DNA of 39,764 nt from a virus (lineage: Duplodnaviria; Caudoviricetes), in IMG/VR virus record IMGVR_UViG_3300046786_000349, positions 1 through 39,764 of that record; one strand, written 5' to 3'. Position 1 is the stretch's first letter, and the number at the start of each line of letters is the position of its first letter. A program made the position numbers and the translations under genes. The notes under the pieces were generated by a model. It was not told the DNA's origin. It saw only the letters and a program-made list of their open reading frames with translations, and ran no database searches. Positions 19,184 through 28,735 of the stretch are shown in pieces.

Positions 19184-22110
19184 TGCCGTACTTAGATGTA
19201 AGTCGTACTGCTACTAGTGCTGCTGATATTTCTATCGCGTGGACATGGACTGTATATCCAACAAACTTAGTTCCATTTACATTACAAATTGGTAAGGTTG
19301 ACGGTTCAGTTGGTGGTCATATGGGATGGTCTGGCACTTGGTCGATGAGTATGACCAACACACCCAGAGCACGTCCAGGTAACCCGTGGACATATCAAAT
19401 ACTTTTGTCTGTAAACGTATCAAATGGTAATGGGCAAACAGCAAGCAATACGATTGTAGTTGCATCTGGCACTCCAACTGTTGATTACCTTGATATTTCT
19501 GGGACAATCACTGGTAGTTGGTCGGCAAGTGTAAACACAAACATCCTATGGAACATTAGTGAAACGGCATACTCTATAACTTCACCGCCAACGCAGTTTC
19601 CGCCATATACAACTTACGAAGTTTACGAAAAAGCTAAGCCTTCGGCAACGTGTACGGCAACGCTAACTCTTGCAGGAACGTCTACAACCGCCACAGGAAC
19701 AGTTGGATCCGGCGGCGGTGCAACTGCTACCCATGACTTTACGGCAGGTTTACAACAGACTTGTGAAGATACCGGGACAGCATCAGCATCAATTACCAAT
19801 ATAAAAGTAAATGGTCTTACACCGTATCAAGTTACACATTCACATTCATACGATGGACAAACTGCTGGAAACTGGTCAACAAGTGGAACATCGGATGCGA
19901 CCGAGCAAACTACAGTTAACCTAACGTCGTCAGCGCGTTTGGCGGCAGTTGCAAGTGTAAACACACGAATGCGTGCTTGGGATGGTGCTTATCCCAATAG
20001 TTTGACATTACGCGTTACCGGATTCGATTACGAAACTTTAGGATACCGAGATATTACAGGAACTGGTTCAATATCCGGTTCCGATAATTTATACAAGTAC
20101 TCGTTTGCATCAACAATAGTTACTTCTTTGGGGTCTAGCAATTTAACAACCGCACTTAACGGAGTGCCACCATGGATTAGCGCGGCAATTACAACAGCTT
20201 CACTTAATGCAAATGGTGACTCTACGAATGATACTCGTGTCTTGTTCAGAGGATGGCGTTTTAATGGTTGGTCTGTTGTAGAGAATTCTACACGTACAAT
20301 TTCTGGTACAGGTAACGATAGAACGTACACGCCATATGAAGGTATGTCTGGCTACCGCTACCTTGACGTACAGGTCAAAGCTCAGTCAGGCACAAGTGTT
20401 CCCGGCGAGATAACACTTCACGATTTCCATAACAACACAAAGACTTGGAATGTTACTGCTGCCACAACAAGTTATGCAACGGTGACGTTGGATTTATGTT
20501 CGCCTGATTCGTACTCACTTGGCAGTATGCCCGACAAGGACTCTAAAGATAATCCGTATCCTCGTAAGAATACGACCAGCACGTCTTTTGCGGGTTCTGA
20601 GAGCGTTGATAGCGCGTATTGGGGAGTTACATCATGCCGCAGGTTACGGGTGTCTAGCGGAGCCATTGACATTGGCACAACCACGCTTAAGTACAACAAC
20701 ACAGACTCGACATATGTTCCCGATACAGTAACATCTGCTATTGAGCGTAAGACAGCACAGATAGTTGCTGAAGCTGGCACGACTACTTACTTCTATGGCC
20801 GTCGTCTATGGCAACAAGATCGTGATGGACGAAACGAAGAAGAATCCGACGTCCACTGGCAGATGACTGTCGGTGGATCTACAGGTGTAACATCGTATGC
20901 AGTTACAATGCTGACCATTGCGCAGATGGCGTCTGAGGTCAATGCTAGTGACGACAGCGTTGTAAGACATCCTGGTTGGAGTATGACGCGATCAGTAGCA
21001 CAACCTGGTGGTGGAACCTGTGCAGCATCACAACCGCCACTGCGTGATTGCTACCTTAACGGCGATACAGGGCTAGCTACATGGTTATATGGCGGCGGCG
21101 CATTACTTACACCGAATGCAACCACAGGTACTGACTTTACCTATGCTCACAAAGTCACCGGCAATATTACAGCGCAGACCTTGTTTGACAAAATAAACGG
21201 CAACTTTCCGCCAGACCTATATGACCCATTCGACATAAACGGCGGTACAGATAGTGCTTTGTATCTTGGAGGCGTTTCGCTACTGCGCGGTATTGCTCAT
21301 GGTGGATTACTTGACACTGCGGGTGACATCGTAACGACTGGTACGGTTGACCTTATTCTAACTAGTGGAGCCTCAAACCGGGGTTCAGACTCCACAATAG
21401 ATGCGGAGGGTAGATACTTTACTGGTACTCCGTGGGGACTTGGTGAATCGAACCATCACGTTGACTACCTAACGAAAAGTATAAACCTGACACCGTTACA
21501 TACTAGTCATCGCCATAGGTCGTGGTTCCGTGACGTTTTGCAGGAAATATATTCTGCAATCGAGGCATTTAAAAACAAGGGATTCTTGATGCTGGGTAAA
21601 GCTACGAAGATCAACGTACGCTGGCAAGACAATCCTTTGACGGACAGATTGCCTGGCACTGTTTTAACTTCGGGCAACATCGTAAAATTACGCGATTCAG
21701 AAAACGTCGGTGACTATATCTTTATTCTGATTAAAAACACGACGACATTTACTCTAAGTTACACAACAGATAATGGCGAAACCAAAGGAGACTATCTCAC
21801 CGTGACTGCTGGTACAGCTGGATTTGAGTGCGACACAAACCGTGGTCTCCTCATCATTATTTATGATGATGGCACTACGGCAGCACCAGGCAACATAAAG
21901 TACAGGATAAGCCGAGATCAAGGGACGACGTGGACTACTGCCGCCAACTGCACAATCAACAGCGTGACGCCGCAGGTAGGACAAGTACTGGACACGAGCT
22001 ACGATCCACACCTTGGTGGAATGTTATATGCAATCTTTGACATCGGCGGAACGAAGAAGGTTTGTCGCTCGACAGACTTAGGAGTTACGTGGGAAGTAGT
22101 CCTGACATAA
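19183..22110 (+). CDS. Large T/S/G-rich tail protein with C-terminal Asp-box repeats
   Basis: 975 aa; TTDNGET, SRDQGTTWT and STDLGVTWE are BNR/Asp-box-like. Confidence 0.7.
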   Translation: MPYLDVSRTATSAADISIAWTWTVYPTNLVPFTLQIGKVDGSVGGHMGWSGTWSMSMTNTPRARPGNPWTYQILLSVNVSNGNGQTASNTIVVASGTPTVDYLDISGTITGSWSASVNTNILWNISETAYSITSPPTQFPPYTTYEVYEKAKPSATCTATLTLAGTSTTATGTVGSGGGATATHDFTAGLQQTCEDTGTASASITNIKVNGLTPYQVTHSHSYDGQTAGNWSTSGTSDATEQTTVNLTSSARLAAVASVNTRMRAWDGAYPNSLTLRVTGFDYETLGYRDITGTGSISGSDNLYKYSFASTIVTSLGSSNLTTALNGVPPWISAAITTASLNANGDSTNDTRVLFRGWRFNGWSVVENSTRTISGTGNDRTYTPYEGMSGYRYLDVQVKAQSGTSVPGEITLHDFHNNTKTWNVTAATTSYATVTLDLCSPDSYSLGSMPDKDSKDNPYPRKNTTSTSFAGSESVDSAYWGVTSCRRLRVSSGAIDIGTTTLKYNNTDSTYVPDTVTSAIERKTAQIVAEAGTTTYFYGRRLWQQDRDGRNEEESDVHWQMTVGGSTGVTSYAVTMLTIAQMASEVNASDDSVVRHPGWSMTRSVAQPGGGTCAASQPPLRDCYLNGDTGLATWLYGGGALLTPNATTGTDFTYAHKVTGNITAQTLFDKINGNFPPDLYDPFDINGGTDSALYLGGVSLLRGIAHGGLLDTAGDIVTTGTVDLILTSGASNRGSDSTIDAEGRYFTGTPWGLGESNHHVDYLTKSINLTPLHTSHRHRSWFRDVLQEIYSAIEAFKNKGFLMLGKATKINVRWQDNPLTDRLPGTVLTSGNIVKLRDSENVGDYIFILIKNTTTFTLSYTTDNGETKGDYLTVTAGTAGFECDTNRGLLIIIYDDGTTAAPGNIKYRISRDQGTTWTTAANCTINSVTPQVGQVLDTSYDPHLGGMLYAIFDIGGTKKVCRSTDLGVTWEVVLT

Positions 22111-22138
22111 AAAACCCCGTCTTAGGGGTGACGGGGTT
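22109..22138 (-). terminator. Intrinsic terminator, minus-strand polarity
   Basis: 9-bp stem AACCCCGTC/GACGGGGTT with A6 on its left, i.e. a U-tract for a minus-strand transcript. Confidence 0.75.
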
Positions 22139-22168
22139 CACTACTGGACTTTGGGGAAATTAAGTAGC
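22109..22168 (-). ncRNA. Candidate small RNA with anti-SD C-rich loops
   Basis: TATACT (22180-22175), 6 nt, then GCUACU-loop-AGUAGU and the terminator; loops contain UAAUUUCCCC and ACCCCUAA. Confidence 0.55.
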
Positions 22169-22192
22169 AGACATAGTATACACAGAAATGAC

Positions 22193-22432
22193 ATGAATAC
22201 CCAAAAGACGCAAACCCATAAAGAATTAACTCGACAACAAAAACGAGTATGGGCCGCCGTCACTCAGCTTGGTTTTCAAGGTGCATCGAAAGTGCTAAAG
22301 AAAAGTGAACGCACACTTGAATGGCACATGTACCGAATATCCAAAGTTCTTGGCACGAGCAACAGACACGAACAAGCAAAGTTGCTTGGGATTCGCATTA
22401 GGATAGAACGCATTAATATTGACAATGCGTGA
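22193..22432 (+). CDS. LuxR/GerE-type HTH protein
   Basis: LTRQQKRV...SERTLEWHMYRISKVLGTSNR; ATG 22193 preferred over TTG 22151. Confidence 0.7.
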   Translation: MNTQKTQTHKELTRQQKRVWAAVTQLGFQGASKVLKKSERTLEWHMYRISKVLGTSNRHEQAKLLGIRIRIERINIDNA

Positions 22433-22448
22433 TAGCCTGTGACATAAT
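22419..22448 (+). promoter_or_regulatory. Sigma70-type promoter of recombination/replication operon
   Basis: TTGACA-18-CATAAT with extended TGn. Confidence 0.65.
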
Positions 22449-22468
22449 GCCTCCATATGGAGGTTAGT

Positions 22469-23125
22469 ATGACGCGAACTAGTGAATCGCTAGACCAAAT
22501 CGCAGTGGCGATGGTCGGTATCCACAATGAACTACGGGCAATAATCAAGGATTCAAAGAATCCACACTTTAAGAGTAAGTATGCATCTTTGGATGTAATC
22601 CTTGATACCGTTCGCCCTATCTTGGTAAAGCACGGTTGTTTCTTGACGCAGACGCTTACGGATGGTTCAAGCCATAACGTCACAATGCGTCGCAAGCAAA
22701 ACAACGAAGAAACAGACCAAGTGATTGAGACATTTCAGGAAACATCGGTGTTCACCATCACCGCAGTATCACGATGCATTCATTTATCCGGTCAGTGGAT
22801 AGAATCATTCAGCATTGTCCCTGTCGCCAAGTTTGACGCACACGGTCTTGGAGCTGCGCAGACATACGCACGTCGTTTCAGCTTGGCGAGCCTGTTGGCT
22901 TTGGCTACAGATGAGGATGATGACGGCAATGCATCTACACACCAGCACGCTCCACGAATGGAAGCACCAAAGCAGGATATCAATATCCAGTTTTGGGCAG
23001 CAGTAAAGAGTAAGTACGGTGATGTTTCCGCTGATCGCAAGAAGGAAATCTATCGTGAGTTGTCAGGTGAGGAAACACCATCACCTGATGGGCTGGCTAG
23101 AGCATTGAAAGCTATAGGGGGTTGA
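22469..23125 (+). CDS. erf: ERF-family single-strand annealing protein
   Basis: KDSKNPHFKSKYASLD and GAAQTYARRFSL...DEDDDGN; GGAGG RBS before ATG 22469. Confidence 0.9.
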   Translation: MTRTSESLDQIAVAMVGIHNELRAIIKDSKNPHFKSKYASLDVILDTVRPILVKHGCFLTQTLTDGSSHNVTMRRKQNNEETDQVIETFQETSVFTITAVSRCIHLSGQWIESFSIVPVAKFDAHGLGAAQTYARRFSLASLLALATDEDDDGNASTHQHAPRMEAPKQDINIQFWAAVKSKYGDVSADRKKEIYRELSGEETPSPDGLARALKAIGG

Positions 23126-23126
23126 T

Positions 23127-23423
23127 ATGGCATTAGTACTCGTAAGTATCTTTTGTTCGTTGCTTGGATTCATCGTAGGTGGTTTTGCTTTGCTTCCACG
23201 GCGTATTGAAGATGACACTATCGTTCAATATGTGAATCAGCGTGGTGAGACAGTTTACGCAAAGACAGTTGGGCATCAGTACGAAGGTACAGACTTTGTA
23301 GCTGTGCAACGATGCGACGCTGAAGGTTTACCTATCGGCATTGTATTTGTATTGGACGCAGATCGTTTGACATGGAAGGACTCAAAGGGGAATAAATGGA
23401 CGAGCAAAGTATTCAACAAGTAG
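23127..23423 (+). CDS. Hypothetical membrane-anchored protein
   Basis: N-terminal hydrophobic helix; AGGGGG RBS. Confidence 0.6.
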   Translation: MALVLVSIFCSLLGFIVGGFALLPRRIEDDTIVQYVNQRGETVYAKTVGHQYEGTDFVAVQRCDAEGLPIGIVFVLDADRLTWKDSKGNKWTSKVFNK

Positions 23424-23944
23424 AAGTATCGGGGGATTGGCTAGTGGACGCAGAAACAGGCGAAATCATTGGTATGTCGCCAGACTCCAACCGTTACATA
23501 TCTCGTGTAGATAATGTTTACGACCTTGAAAAGTACATGGCAAACCTGATGGATATGGAGGCCGATCTTGCAGCTCGCAAGTTGGCACTCGCCGCCATCG
23601 TGGAGAACGCAAACAAACTGATCGGCAATATCCAAGCACGTATTGACTGGTACAAACTAAAGCACCAGGATGAAGTGCGTGCAGTCGCCGAAGGGAACCT
23701 TGCGCGAGGATCAAAGACATACCGATGTGTTTATGGCACGGTATCCTTCCGCAAGAAGAATCCTCGCATTGCAATTAAGGATGACGCACAGGCAATCGAG
23801 TGGGCGGAAGCAAACGTACCCGAAGCCGTTGTAGTCTCCAAGAAGGTGTTGGTCTCTAAGCTTGACATCGAGAACATTCCATCTGAGTCAGATGCGTTTG
23901 AGATTATCCCTGCTGAAGAAAGTATGGCGATCAAGACATTATGA
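23396..23944 (+). CDS. Gam-like / Gp157-like host-nuclease inhibitor
   Basis: VDAETGEI start, coiled coil, KTY...YGTVSFRK and AIEWAE; next to erf. Confidence 0.65.
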   Translation: MDEQSIQQVEVSGDWLVDAETGEIIGMSPDSNRYISRVDNVYDLEKYMANLMDMEADLAARKLALAAIVENANKLIGNIQARIDWYKLKHQDEVRAVAEGNLARGSKTYRCVYGTVSFRKKNPRIAIKDDAQAIEWAEANVPEAVVVSKKVLVSKLDIENIPSESDAFEIIPAEESMAIKTL

Positions 23945-24213
23945 ATTTGATGGAAATACGCACAGCGTTGCATGAAGAGTTTCCTACACATCAATCGTTT
24001 GTTCGTTGGAACCGTCCAGTAACAATGGACGGATTGACCATCATCAATGAGACTCCGAAGGATGCTCCGGATTACATCAGATGGATAAAGATTCTGTGGA
24101 AGGGAGACTACGTTACTAAAATTGAATTTGACCACGATATTCGTAAGTGGTCAGAAAACCGGAGGCATCTGGCCTTCCGACTACACAAGGAGCTAGAAAA
24201 GCACAATGCCTGA
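23941..24213 (+). CDS. Hypothetical protein
   Basis: Overlaps both neighbours in the operon. Confidence 0.6.
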   Translation: MNLMEIRTALHEEFPTHQSFVRWNRPVTMDGLTIINETPKDAPDYIRWIKILWKGDYVTKIEFDHDIRKWSENRRHLAFRLHKELEKHNA

Positions 24214-24565
24214 ATACGCATTTCACAAGCGCAAGCCAGAGCACAAAGGAACACGCATCAACATCGGTTATCGTTCCTTCATGCTTAGGTTTTCCAAGGA
24301 CGAGTTAGAGTTTATTCATGCTGCGGCTGAACGTCGCGGTTTGTATATCTCAGCACTCGCTAGGGAGGCAGCACAGCTTCTCATCGCGGGTCACGTACAA
24401 CCAGTCAAGAAGAGGGCAATCACCCGTAGGGAGGAGCGATTGCAGGTAAACCTGGGCGAGACAGTACATAGTCAACTGCAAGCATTCTGTGATAGCAAGA
24501 AACCACGATGGCTACTAACGACAGTACTCAGATCCGCGATGCTAGATATCGCACGAATGCGCTAA
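24206..24565 (+). CDS. Tandem ribbon-helix-helix DNA-binding protein
   Basis: FMLRFSKDELEFIHAAAERRGLYISALAREA and a second LQVNLGETVHSQL...TVLRSAM unit. Confidence 0.6.
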   Translation: MPEYAFHKRKPEHKGTRINIGYRSFMLRFSKDELEFIHAAAERRGLYISALAREAAQLLIAGHVQPVKKRAITRREERLQVNLGETVHSQLQAFCDSKKPRWLLTTVLRSAMLDIARMR

Positions 24566-24570
24566 AGACA

Positions 24571-24594
24571 GAACCCGGTGAAACACCCGGGTTC
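24571..24594 (+). promoter_or_regulatory. Inverted repeat upstream of replication gene
   Basis: GAACCCGG-8 nt-CCGGGTTC in the intergenic gap. Confidence 0.5.
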
Positions 24595-24615
24595 ATTATT
24601 CACAAAGGGGAAATT

Positions 24616-25437
24616 ATGTGGGTCAAATTGGATTGTAAGTTTCCAATGAACAAGGCTGTGCGTAGGTTATCTTCGGATGCATTCCGATGGTACATCTATG
24701 CGCTTTGTTATTGCGGTGAACACCTAACAGACGGACGACTGGACTCTATGGACGTGGAGACAATTACCGCCTGTATGCGCGTTCCTGAGTCAGCTTTTAC
24801 CGAAGTCATTGCAGCTGATTTAGTACGCGAAACGGACGCATGGCAATACGAAATTGTGGGTTATTCTGAGACCCAAACAAGCCGTGATTATGTTGAAAAA
24901 CGCAGGGCTGATGATCGTGCTCGAAAGGCCAATATAGTTGCACGTCGCAACAATTCCGCAGCGGAATCCGCAGTGGAATCCGTTGTGGAGTCCGCTGAAG
25001 ATTCCACGCGTATAGAATTAAGAATTAAGAAGAAGAATATAGATAAAGATAAAGATATATGTATAAGAGAATTAAATACTAATTCCTCGATTGCAGATGC
25101 AACCGAGAGTCTTACACCTAAACTTTGCGTATCTATGTTTGTGGATCAGTGGACAGCGAAGTACGGACATACACCTACAGGCTCGCTAGCCGCGCTAGGA
25201 AGCCACTTTAAGCGCGTTATTGGTAAAACACCCGATGAGACTATAAAGTCCTCTATTTCGGCGTTTTTTGGGCTATCCGATGCATGGGTTATAAGGAACG
25301 CACACAAGTCTACAATCCTGGTTTCCATGTGGGATTCATTGGTGACTGGAAGTGTGAATACACAGCCTATTCGGAGGACAACAAATCAGGACGTTGCACA
25401 ACAATTCCGTGACAGTATTTTGGAGCAGATTCAATGA
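24616..25437 (+). CDS. Replication initiator-like protein
   Basis: MWVKLD...LTDG N-terminus, R..DR.RK helix, low-complexity linker, helical C-domain; GGGG RBS favours ATG 24616. Confidence 0.7.
   Translation: MWVKLDCKFPMNKAVRRLSSDAFRWYIYALCYCGEHLTDGRLDSMDVETITACMRVPESAFTEVIAADLVRETDAWQYEIVGYSETQTSRDYVEKRRADDRARKANIVARRNNSAAESAVESVVESAEDSTRIELRIKKKNIDKDKDICIRELNTNSSIADATESLTPKLCVSMFVDQWTAKYGHTPTGSLAALGSHFKRVIGKTPDETIKSSISAFFGLSDAWVIRNAHKSTILVSMWDSLVTGSVNTQPIRRTTNQDVAQQFRDSILEQIQ
24951..25086. repeat. Putative replication origin (iteron-like repeats plus A-rich tract)
   Basis: About five degenerate 12-bp GGAATCCGCAGY-like repeats followed by AGAATTA/AGATAA repeats inside the initiator gene, as in lambdoid origins. 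Confidence 0.55.
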
Positions 25438-25841
25438 CACAGATAGCTACTCGCAGTGGTGTTGACCCTGAAGCAATCAAGCACGTTGTAGATCGCATTG
25501 TTCCGATTGTGGCGCGTTATCAAGGCGTCCCGATTGATGAGACGGATTGCAAGTTATACGCTCAGTCTTGTCGTTCATTGGCACAGCCATACAACCCAAA
25601 AGGTTTACATGAGCTTGAGATGCGCATACGTCGTGAGTGTAAGTTCCGACCGACACCCAAGGAAGTCGAAGAATGGGCGGACGAGATTGCAGGACGCCAC
25701 ATAGCGGCCAGTGAAGCTGCTGCACGTCGTGTAGTGACCGCACCGCTGACCATAGAAGCACATCCAGAAGAGACCGAGAGAGCACGCGAGAGATTCCGCC
25801 AGAAGTTCCGTGACTTGATGGCGGGGACGAGGATGCCATGA
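25434..25841 (+). CDS. Putative helicase loader/inhibitor-like protein
   Basis: Follows initiator; CKFRPTPKEV matches the F.PT..E motif. Confidence 0.5.
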   Translation: MTQIATRSGVDPEAIKHVVDRIVPIVARYQGVPIDETDCKLYAQSCRSLAQPYNPKGLHELEMRIRRECKFRPTPKEVEEWADEIAGRHIAASEAAARRVVTAPLTIEAHPEETERARERFRQKFRDLMAGTRMP

Positions 25842-26182
25842 AGTGGAAGGGTAGAAAGTTAAAGTACGATCCGTTAGCCGAGTACAGCGGATATCAGAAA
25901 GAAGCACGTAAGCGTGTACGTCTTTGCATTCAAGATGACCTGATGACGTATAAGGACGCCGGGATATTCCTTCGGATGAATCCAAAGAGTTTACGGGTAT
26001 ACAAACATCGTGGGCTGCTTACCGGGGAACGTATCGGCAAGATATTCCTGCTTCACGGGGCGTCTGTACGGGCATACATGCAAGCAAACGCTCCGGAAGA
26101 ACTACAGTGGTGGCTACAACAGAAACCTGACATCTTGACAGGATCTATCCTAGAGGAGATGAACAGTGAAAGCGACGTGTAA
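25838..26182 (+). CDS. Excisionase/MerR-like HTH protein
   Basis: LMTYKDAGIFLRMNPKSLRVYKHRGLLTGERIG. Confidence 0.65.
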   Translation: MKWKGRKLKYDPLAEYSGYQKEARKRVRLCIQDDLMTYKDAGIFLRMNPKSLRVYKHRGLLTGERIGKIFLLHGASVRAYMQANAPEELQWWLQQKPDILTGSILEEMNSESDV

Positions 26183-26600
26183 AAAGTGCGGAGCTGAAGG
26201 GATAGCGGAGCAAGCACAGCACAGCACGTATGTACTCACCTGCAAAGCATGTGGTGCTTTTGGGTTTGCAGGTAAACCACCGGCTAAGAGTAAGTACGGA
26301 AACCAGCGTGTGTATTCCGTGGAGCATGGAACGTTTGATTCCAAGATGGAATTCAAACGCTTTGGTGACTTGATGATGCTCCTCAAAGCTGGCCAGATTA
26401 CAGACCTAAGACGCCAGGTGAGATACAAGCTTGAACACGAGGGAATCTTCTACGGCATATACATTGCTGACTTCGTGTATCAGCAAGGCGATCAAACCAT
26501 TGTGGAAGATGTCAAAGGACATAAGACACAAGCGTATAGGACGAAAAAGAAATTGATGAAGTCGATACATGGTATTGACATCTTAGAGACATCGTCGTAA
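26166..26600 (+). CDS. DUF1064-like PD-(D/E)XK nuclease with N-terminal Zn ribbon
   Basis: SKYGN, FDSKME, YIADFVY, IVEDVKG; CKKC...CKAC. Confidence 0.85.
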   Translation: MKATCKKCGAEGIAEQAQHSTYVLTCKACGAFGFAGKPPAKSKYGNQRVYSVEHGTFDSKMEFKRFGDLMMLLKAGQITDLRRQVRYKLEHEGIFYGIYIADFVYQQGDQTIVEDVKGHKTQAYRTKKKLMKSIHGIDILETSS

Positions 26601-26642
26601 TATCTGCGTGTTAGCTTACCGCTACTGAAAAGGGGAAATAAT

Positions 26643-26891
26643 ATGGACATCGGTAATAGGTTTCAGATTTTAACTGAATTGAATTCAGTCACTGAATACG
26701 TGCAAGTCTGTTTGAGTTTAAAAGAAGCGTTGGAAACATTTTCCAAACATGTCACATGGTCGTGCACGACGACAGATGAAAGACACGGCCAAAGTGTTTA
26801 CGTTTATTCTCAAGAGTTAGGCGATTTTGTAATAGCCTACGATTCTGATGGTGTCAGAATGAGAAACAAGAAGAGGACGAACAGACAATGA
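26643..26891 (+). CDS. Hypothetical protein
   Basis: AGGGGAAAT RBS; ATGA overlap with next gene. Confidence 0.6.
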   Translation: MDIGNRFQILTELNSVTEYVQVCLSLKEALETFSKHVTWSCTTTDERHGQSVYVYSQELGDFVIAYDSDGVRMRNKKRTNRQ

Positions 26892-27166
26892 CGAACAATG
26901 AGTTGGCGACTGCACTTGGTGTTACACCAGCTGTCACGTCGCGATACGCAAACGGGAAAATTATGCCGTCAAAGAATCGCATTAAAGAGATTGCTGCGAT
27001 CACCGGCGTCACACCTATGCAGTGTGCAGCGATGTACTTAGTGGCGAACATCAAAGCACAGTACGGGAAAGAAGTATTGTTATTGGTTCAAATGTTTGGT
27101 TTGAATGATGTCGATATCGCAGCTGCTGCGCACATCATTACAAGGCACAAAGAGTTAGGGGAATAG
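26888..27166 (+). CDS. XRE/Cro-family HTH regulator
   Basis: MTNNELATALGVTPAVTSRYANGKIMPS...IAAITGV. Confidence 0.85.
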   Translation: MTNNELATALGVTPAVTSRYANGKIMPSKNRIKEIAAITGVTPMQCAAMYLVANIKAQYGKEVLLLVQMFGLNDVDIAAAAHIITRHKELGE

Positions 27167-27168
27167 AG

Positions 27169-27639
27169 ATGAAGAAGTATCTGGACGTTTGGGGAGAGTC
27201 GGGAAGTATTGCAGGAACACTTACGCACATCATCAAGGATCAGCGTGAGACAAACGACATGTTTGTACGCGATGCGCAGTTTACCTACCAGATTTCTGGT
27301 GCTGAGCATACATGCAGTGTCAATGCACGTTTCTACTTGGCCGGTAAGTATGAGCCAGCAAATGTGCTCGTAGAAGTCAACGTACACTTCACACAGGTAT
27401 CGGTAGACACGCATACAAACTACGGTACACGTGTCATGGACACAGTCAGCTTTACAGTCTCACGGGAAACAGACACTGACGTAGAACGCATCTGGATGTA
27501 CACCGCCGATGAGTACGATCAAAACTCACACATCTGGTGGAAGCTAACAGACGAGTACGAAGTGATTGGAAGTATCACCGGGCAGATCCAGAGATGGACT
27601 AAACAAGACGCTTACCATCTGCCAAAGTGGGCTGAGTAA
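27169..27639 (+). CDS. Hypothetical protein
   Basis: TTAGGGG RBS; 156 aa. Confidence 0.6.
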   Translation: MKKYLDVWGESGSIAGTLTHIIKDQRETNDMFVRDAQFTYQISGAEHTCSVNARFYLAGKYEPANVLVEVNVHFTQVSVDTHTNYGTRVMDTVSFTVSRETDTDVERIWMYTADEYDQNSHIWWKLTDEYEVIGSITGQIQRWTKQDAYHLPKWAE

Positions 27640-27801
27640 ACGACACACAAAGTATAGCAATAAGCTATCTCGGCGGGACGGACGGACGTATACGATGTGA
27701 GGGACGCTCATATCCTAATATCGAGCACAGATCGTGTACGTCCACTTCACATAACAAAAGTAAAAGCAGTCACACTTGTTGACGCAAAAGAGGTTATTGA
27801 C

Positions 27802-28290
27802 ATGGAAAAGTGTCCAAAGTGCGGAATTCCAGCAGTGCAGCTATATAACGGGACGTGTATGGAATGTATGTTATTCCAGACTCATCGTGACCCGGAACCT
27901 GTTACTTACGCAGAGAAGCTCAAGGCATTGCTTCAGAATGCGGGTACGGAGTCATTCTTTAGCGGGATGAGCAAGATGTGGTCAGGATCCATCCTGGTTC
28001 GATACTCCGCAATACCGTTTGGCCGTGCACCGATGTACATGTACTTTGATTGCGGACATCTAGTAGCACAAGCTGCGGACGATGACACAAAGCAATTGAA
28101 GGTACGCCACATCGGCATCACAGACATGGCTGCAGATGATTGGCATATTCTTCCGGAAGATATGGAAGCTGAGGCTCCTGTAGAATCGCGTCGAGATCGT
28201 GCCATTGATTTGATCACAAGATGTACGCCCAATGAATGGGCGCGAGTCTTTGCACATTGCGAGCACGCGGAGACCTGGATGCAGCAATAG
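27802..28290 (+). CDS. Zn-ribbon plus Tad2/DUF2829-like domain protein
   Basis: GAGG RBS; CPKC...CMEC, then F...M..M..G....R and TDMAADDWHI. Confidence 0.5.
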   Translation: MEKCPKCGIPAVQLYNGTCMECMLFQTHRDPEPVTYAEKLKALLQNAGTESFFSGMSKMWSGSILVRYSAIPFGRAPMYMYFDCGHLVAQAADDDTKQLKVRHIGITDMAADDWHILPEDMEAEAPVESRRDRAIDLITRCTPNEWARVFAHCEHAETWMQQ

Positions 28291-28735
28291 GAAAAAATCG
28301 GGACGGACGGACGGACGGAGGCGCGTACACATGATGGTGAGCGCGACACATGATAGCGAGCACGGTAAGCAACACAGCTGCCGTGCTTTTCTTTTGTCTG
28401 GATCCACAAAGCAAACGAGCACAAGCCAGGCGGACGCAGAAACGGACGCAGAGCGCAATTCACGAGAGCGGCCATCAGCTCTCTCGCGGGCCAGAGAGAG
28501 ACGGAAAACGTACACGCCGTATATGTGTGGCATGTATGTATTTATGTGTGTGTGCTGGGGTGTGAGAGCGCACCGACATCTGCGTCGCATTGCGTGCGTG
28601 CACATGCGCTCGCGCATCCGCGAGGAAAATTATCCGAGATCTCTCGCGCGCGCGATTCCTTCTATGCAAAATCGATTTTGCCATATTGCCGATATTGCAG
28701 CTATTTAGGCCGCAGCGATCGCGGGCGGTAGTATC

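Noticed and set aside
24508-24615. N-terminal extension of the replication initiator
   Set aside because: Overlaps the upstream gene and a hairpin; ATG 24616 has an RBS and the family-typical MWVKLD start.
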